Of a DNA stretch of 64,000 nucleotides, positions 59,317-64,000 are shown one piece after another. Source of the DNA: a virus; IMG/VR virus record IMGVR_UViG_3300045988_150343; one strand, written 5' to 3'. The notes below the pieces were generated by a model. It did not search any database and had not been told where the DNA came from. It worked only from the letters and a program-made list of their open reading frames with translations. Made by a program: the position numbers and the translations under genes. Position 1 is the first letter of the stretch. Each line of letters begins with the position of its first letter.

Positions 59317-62040
59317 TTATACTTCTATTATGGGTGGTAGATTCTCTTCTGTGATAGTTACGAGTACATTAGTTGGTACCTTGATGTCTATGGTGCGCTC
59401 GGAGGTGTCACGGGAATCCCATACTAAGAAGTCCCTACTTACTTGGAGGCCAGTGTTAATAGTGCTGTCTACCACAAAAGTAGCCTCTTTAGTAGGATCA
59501 TCTAGGGCGGTGAATACGTGAGTACCGGGATCACTAGTCTTAAAGATATACTCGGGATTAGCTACATAAATACTAGCTTCACCGTCTATCTTAAACCTAA
59601 ATAATTCGGATTTATTAGTGGTACCGGTTACTCTAGTAGAAACGACTCTCTGGTTTTCAGTGAGAGTACCACTAGTGGGATTACAACTAATAGTAACTAC
59701 TGCAGGATAATCCCGAAGTATCACGGTAAGAGTAATGCCGGTAGAAGTTTGGAAGTTTAGAGTTTGATCTCCTTGAACTTCTATCTCTATGGTATCATCT
59801 TCACTATTAGCCACAAAATATATTTGACCATTAGGTCCCACTATCTCCCCCGAATAATTTCCTTCAAAAGTAAACTTAGCTATATTTTTACCGGGTTCAG
59901 CTTGGAAGGTTAGTCGAATATCCCTAGTCGAGTCATTGGGATCCATACCAGACCACTGAGCTCTTTGACTCCTATTAGGAGAGATGTATAAAACTTCTGA
60001 GGGCTTTTCCGTTATAACTGATACGGTGTCCCGTAGATTAGGGTTTTCTTTAGCATAGAAAATTAGTTGATATGGCTCTAGAGTATCACCACCATTATGA
60101 GTAACCGTGAAAGAGTATTTAGCTAAGCCACCTACGTACTCTTTGAATGTACAGTTTATCTCTTGTTTCTTCTCCTGCCCCGTTCTAGAATCCTCCATCA
60201 CAACTACTGGATTATAATTTTGGGCAGCGGTTTGAGTAAGGTTGGCAATAATTAATTCTCCTCCTAAAGTTCTTTGGGATGGGGTGCTGGAGTATTGGAA
60301 AGTTAAGGGATTAGGAGATACACTTATGCTCCTAAAGATAGGTCTGAGAACTTGTTCAGAGTCGGATAATACCCGTAATACTACATCTTCACTTACTTGG
60401 TCCATTAGGATAGCCCTAAAGGTATAAGAACCAGCTCCTCTAGAAAAAGGTATGAAAGACTGGCCAGATTTATATTTTAAAAAGGTATTAGAAATGTCTA
60501 CTACGGAGGCCTGAGGTTGTTCTACACCCTCCCTGTTGGTTACTCTGAAAGTAGTTTCGAATTTATGAGATGTCCAAGTTGCTCCGTCTTCACTAGCATA
60601 GATACCGGGAGCTAACTTTGATATGTCTGTACCAGAACCTATACCAGGCTCAAAATTATTATCTTTAATAAGAAGGTATTTGGGGTCTAAGTTCAGGATA
60701 AGTACCTCTAATTCTGCTTTATACTCGGCAGTAGCATCAATATAAATGTTTGCTTTTCGGCTTCGGTAATCCTGAACACTGAAGGTCTGTGTACCGTAAT
60801 AGTCTACCGTAACTTTAGCAGTACCATTACCAAAGACTTGGCCAGTGTTATCCCAATGAATGGCAGGGTTTTTAGTTGAGACATGGATTCTTACCCCATT
60901 GAGGTATGTATAAATGTTCTCGACAGCCTTTACATTTATCTCTATGGTTTTCTTTTTACTAGATAGTATTCGGTCTCCAGCAGCTAAGGGTGACACTATC
61001 CAGATCATATACTGACTGGTAGTGTACATTTCATTAACTTTTACACTTACCGGAGAGGAACCAAGGGCCTTAGCAACGGGCCTAAACCAATAACTTTTAT
61101 TACCTAAGTATATGGTATAATTTGGATCCGTATATTCTTGAAGACCCCAATCTTCTTGGGTAGGGGTTTCATCAAGGCCAACCACAGCAACCTGGTAAGC
61201 TAGAGATACCAAAGGGTTATCCTTTACCACTGGGCTGACCTTTACTTGTACAGTAGCTTTCTCGTCTAAGTTCAAATCCATTTCTTTAGTTGAAACAGAA
61301 ATAGTTACTTGACTTAGGCTTGCTTGACCCACTACTCGGATAATCGGGTTAATGTAAAAGGGTACAAACCGTTCGATGAAAGCCTTAACCTGTTTAATGT
61401 AGGGTAATAATTGGCTTTGAGTCCAAGTCTTAAGGTACTCGGGGATGGTAAGGCTGAAGGTAACATCTAAGCAATTCTGGCACCTATAGTAGTTATCAAG
61501 AGTAGCCTTATCGAACTGAGTATCCTCTAAATCGAATCGAGTGGTATGATCTTTTAAGAAAGGGTTCTCATCTATGGGGGAAATTATGCCGATATCTAGC
61601 CCATACAGCCGGAACATTATCTCAAAGAATTGTTGGGTACCCCTTATCTTAAAAAGGGATACTGAGTATTTTATCAAAGCCCGGTAGTCCAGGTTAGCTT
61701 TTCCGGTATAGGGTTGAGTAGACCGGGTAGCTTGTTGAATTGCCTCATCAAAATTAAACCCCGTAAAGGTTTTGGTGAAAATTTCACCATCTATGATGGG
61801 GCCCTGAGCAAAAGGCAGCTCTCCAAAGAATTTCCAAAAGTTTTGAATAAATATAACATTAGTCTGGTTAACGTCTAGAATTTCTAGGAAGTTATCCAAG
61901 TCTTTTACCGGGTACTCCTGAAAATAGTTTCCGCAAATATTTAGAAACCTTTCCAAGAGCCCTTGCCCATTTACCTTATAGGAGTCATTCTCCTTAAAGT
62001 AGTACGGGAAAAAGTCTATGAGGTTGTTTAAGTCTATCAT
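59317..62040 (-). CDS. Large baseplate/tail-fibre-associated structural protein
   Basis: A 907-aa beta-rich ORF directly downstream of the baseplate J-like gene, with a 4-nt overlap. This is the position of P2 gpI / T4 wedge-distal proteins. No specific motif was verified. Confidence 0.55.
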   Translation of the reverse strand: MIDLNNLIDFFPYYFKENDSYKVNGQGLLERFLNICGNYFQEYPVKDLDNFLEILDVNQTNVIFIQNFWKFFGELPFAQGPIIDGEIFTKTFTGFNFDEAIQQATRSTQPYTGKANLDYRALIKYSVSLFKIRGTQQFFEIMFRLYGLDIGIISPIDENPFLKDHTTRFDLEDTQFDKATLDNYYRCQNCLDVTFSLTIPEYLKTWTQSQLLPYIKQVKAFIERFVPFYINPIIRVVGQASLSQVTISVSTKEMDLNLDEKATVQVKVSPVVKDNPLVSLAYQVAVVGLDETPTQEDWGLQEYTDPNYTIYLGNKSYWFRPVAKALGSSPVSVKVNEMYTTSQYMIWIVSPLAAGDRILSSKKKTIEINVKAVENIYTYLNGVRIHVSTKNPAIHWDNTGQVFGNGTAKVTVDYYGTQTFSVQDYRSRKANIYIDATAEYKAELEVLILNLDPKYLLIKDNNFEPGIGSGTDISKLAPGIYASEDGATWTSHKFETTFRVTNREGVEQPQASVVDISNTFLKYKSGQSFIPFSRGAGSYTFRAILMDQVSEDVVLRVLSDSEQVLRPIFRSISVSPNPLTFQYSSTPSQRTLGGELIIANLTQTAAQNYNPVVVMEDSRTGQEKKQEINCTFKEYVGGLAKYSFTVTHNGGDTLEPYQLIFYAKENPNLRDTVSVITEKPSEVLYISPNRSQRAQWSGMDPNDSTRDIRLTFQAEPGKNIAKFTFEGNYSGEIVGPNGQIYFVANSEDDTIEIEVQGDQTLNFQTSTGITLTVILRDYPAVVTISCNPTSGTLTENQRVVSTRVTGTTNKSELFRFKIDGEASIYVANPEYIFKTSDPGTHVFTALDDPTKEATFVVDSTINTGLQVSRDFLVWDSRDTSERTIDIKVPTNVLVTITEENLPPIIEV

Positions 62041-63743
62041 GTCGTTTCAGTGATGTTAAGTGTAAGGTTATTAACGTCAAATACCGGGATGTTAAACCCT
62101 GCCTGCTCATAATCTGAGTTAGTATCTGCTACGGTGAACTCATACTTATATCCCCCATGGAAACCTTTACCACCCAATTGGATATCGAAGTCAAAGCCAT
62201 TAGGGTAGTTAACATTTAGAGATTGACCAAGAGTACCTTCAAACTGTTGGTAACTAGCTTCCTGGTTTGATGAAAAAGTGGTGATGTTATCCTGGGGCAG
62301 TATTCTAAATTGAGAGCCCGTTATAAACTCTACTAGATACTTAGCCTGACCGTTAGTAGATTTTATATTGAAATCATTAACGGTTAACTGGGCATTACCA
62401 AAAATAACCTTAGGCCAAGGCATAACATAAAAGGTCTTAATGTGTAGGTAGTCTACAGGAGGTTGGTTGTCAATTAAAGCGTAGATATCGGATAGCCTTA
62501 CTTTTCCTCCAATAGGCCCATCTATCGGATAAGCCTTACTTAATGCCGAAACAATTGAGTTTCGGATATCATCGGACTTATATGAGGGTTTACCCACTAC
62601 ATCTACTTTAAGGACCATCTTACTTTGTTCAGCAAAATAAACCTTAAGCCAAGTGTTCATAGGAGAACGAAGCCTAAGGTAATTAAGTACCTTGGAGGTC
62701 AAACCGGAGGGCTGACCTCCGCCCATAGCCGATATATAGATATTAAGTTTCCTACCACAGATATACTCCAAAGCAGCCTGTGACACTTCTGGGATTTGTT
62801 GGGTTAAGTCTATGTAGTCCTGTTTAGTGATAGCTACTCCAAGAGTCTTAACACTTAAAGGTATCCTCTTTTTCAGGGTCTCAAAGTCCTCATAGTCAGA
62901 ACCACCCCCACCTGAAAGGTTTGAGTAAGAGCATCCCTCATAAGTACCTGTAATAGCAGCTGGGCTAATATTCCCCCTAGCCCCTTGAGTTATATAAATA
63001 TTACCAGTAACACTTTGACCAACCAAGGGCTTTTTACCAAATACCCCGTCACCAAATACCATGTCTAGTCCCCCCGCAGAATTGGACTCTATGATAAAGT
63101 GGGTATCTGTGGGTTTGGAGTAAGCAAAAGTTTCTACTTCACTATAAGCTACTCCACCAACTTTTACGTCGTTGGAGCTTAGGTGTTCATAGCCTGATTG
63201 TATACCTGATAATGAGGCCTTCAAGTTCCCCTTTTCATCTTTACCCACTGTGGTAGATATACCGTTAGTTATGAGTTGATGTTGAATAAAGGGTACAGTA
63301 ACCTGTGAGGTATTAGCGGGCATAGTAACCCTGGTTAAAGCCATCCAAGTATTACCATTATCATCATTCAGGGTTAAACCTTGGGGAATGGTTAAGGGGT
63401 TTATGGAGTCTGTTATAGAACGGGTAAATACTACATCGCATAACGCGGCTATGGCCGCCTTAGGATGGTAATCCACGAGGCGGCCATGTTTAACTACTGA
63501 GTCATACCTTCTAGCCGAAGTTAAGAAGGTTTCTCTTGCAACATTGTCTATGTATACATGGATAACTTCTGCTATGCCTGAAAAGAGGGATAGGATAAGT
63601 ACTAAGATGTTGCCCTCTGTATTATCCGTAATTAAAGTGTTGCCCTCTTTATCTTTTAAAGCTAACAGCTTATCCACAAGTTTTTGCTTGATTTGCTGAT
63701 ACCCTCTTTCCAAAGGGGACAGCCAGGGATTCTGTATTGCCAT
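62037..63743 (-). CDS. Baseplate J (P2 gpJ / T4 gp6)-like wedge protein
   Basis: The N-terminal block NILVLILSLFSGIAEVIHVYIDNVARETFLTSARRYDSVVKHGRLVDYHPKAAIAA fits the Baseplate_J pattern (...l......a......y.d....E.fl.tA.....l..l..l.gy.p..a..A). It follows a gp25-like gene. Confidence 0.7.
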   Translation of the reverse strand: MAIQNPWLSPLERGYQQIKQKLVDKLLALKDKEGNTLITDNTEGNILVLILSLFSGIAEVIHVYIDNVARETFLTSARRYDSVVKHGRLVDYHPKAAIAALCDVVFTRSITDSINPLTIPQGLTLNDDNGNTWMALTRVTMPANTSQVTVPFIQHQLITNGISTTVGKDEKGNLKASLSGIQSGYEHLSSNDVKVGGVAYSEVETFAYSKPTDTHFIIESNSAGGLDMVFGDGVFGKKPLVGQSVTGNIYITQGARGNISPAAITGTYEGCSYSNLSGGGGSDYEDFETLKKRIPLSVKTLGVAITKQDYIDLTQQIPEVSQAALEYICGRKLNIYISAMGGGQPSGLTSKVLNYLRLRSPMNTWLKVYFAEQSKMVLKVDVVGKPSYKSDDIRNSIVSALSKAYPIDGPIGGKVRLSDIYALIDNQPPVDYLHIKTFYVMPWPKVIFGNAQLTVNDFNIKSTNGQAKYLVEFITGSQFRILPQDNITTFSSNQEASYQQFEGTLGQSLNVNYPNGFDFDIQLGGKGFHGGYKYEFTVADTNSDYEQAGFNIPVFDVNNLTLNITETT

Positions 63744-63745
63744 AG

Positions 63746-64000
63746 TTATGTGGGTCTAGTGATTGATGTACTCAAATTATCATTTAAGGCCGTCAAGTTA
63801 ATACCATAGTTTATCTGGAAAAGGAGTTGATCCTCCCTTTGAGCCATATAAAGATTTTGGTAGGTTATTCGTGGTTCAAATTGTTGAATACCATTAAGTA
63901 TGAAAGCCTTAATATAAAACCTAAGGGCTTGTGTATTAGGCTCCTCTAAACAGGAGGTAATATGGGTCCCATAGTCTTCTTGTCTAAACCTGAACCCAAT
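63746..64000 (-). CDS. Baseplate wedge gp25/GpW-like protein, partial (C-terminal 84 codons; not in the ORF track)
   Basis: My own translation gives ...IGFRFRQEDYGTHITSCLEEPNTQALRFYIKAFILNGIQQFEPRITYQNLYMAQREDQLLFQINYGINL...RPT-stop. The EPRI...v....d.l.f.I.Y block is typical of the GPW_gp25 family. Confidence 0.6.
   Translation of the reverse strand: MGFRFRQEDYGTHITSCLEEPNTQALRFYIKAFILNGIQQFEPRITYQNLYMAQREDQLLFQINYGINLTALNDNLSTSITRPT

Noticed and set aside
1-64000. Stop-codon reassignment (as in some gut Bacteroidota phages) or a diversity-generating retroelement
   Set aside because: All long genes are open in the standard code with conserved motifs in frame. The ORF-free spacers contain a mix of TAA, TAG and TGA in every frame. 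I found no reverse-transcriptase-like ORF or template/variable repeat pair.

Overview
The window is a contiguous piece of a large tailed dsDNA phage genome. I saw no integrase, host housekeeping genes, rRNA, tRNA or CRISPR array. It holds about 85 tightly packed genes, nearly all on the minus strand, in five blocks. (i) 1-12128 is a late/morphogenesis block: a partial GC-rich fibre-like gene missing from the ORF track, a PKD-domain protein, major capsid, decoration protein, protease/scaffold, portal, TerL, a membrane protein, a C5-MTase-like gene and a muramidase endolysin. (ii) 12270-14296 is a plus-strand five-gene accessory operon with a PI-PLC-like phosphodiesterase, followed by an extremely AT-rich island at about 14.47-15.42 kb. 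(iii) 15.8-33.4 kb holds about 40 small early genes of unknown function, punctuated by a repeated promoter cassette and hairpin terminators. This block includes three lysine-rich H1-like proteins, a protein with a roughly 115-residue Asp/Glu/Ser tract, and two ORF-free repeat-bearing spacers (15171-15777 and 17167-18264). (iv) 33.3-56.6 kb is a transcription/replication/nucleotide block: NusG-like, Hjc-like nuclease, SbcCD, P-loop kinase, ThyX-like, FEN, RecA, gp32-like SSB, GroES-like, a family A DNA polymerase split by a 343-aa LAGLIDADG intein, two ThyA/dCMP-hydroxymethylase-fold paralogues, a gp56-like all-alpha dNTPase, a trimeric dUTPase, an SF2 helicase, primase and DnaB-like helicase. 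A lone plus-strand sigma-like gene follows. (v) 57.5-64 kb carries tail-fibre, holin-like and baseplate genes. The promoters match the Bacteroidota TTTG(-33)/TAnnTTTG(-7) consensus and Shine-Dalgarno sequences are absent, so I infer a Bacteroidota host. The most interesting leads are: a T4-like hydroxymethyl-pyrimidine (probably 5-hmC) DNA-modification module with duplicated HMase-fold genes; the polyacidic plus H1-like protein set; the phage NusG-like/HTH/sigma-like transcription set with a conserved ACCAGCTCT-bearing promoter cassette; the intein; and three sharply different compositional domains (about 52% GC, about 38% GC, about 20% GC). All functional calls come from motifs read by eye and compared with remembered family signatures. 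No database search or computation was possible.
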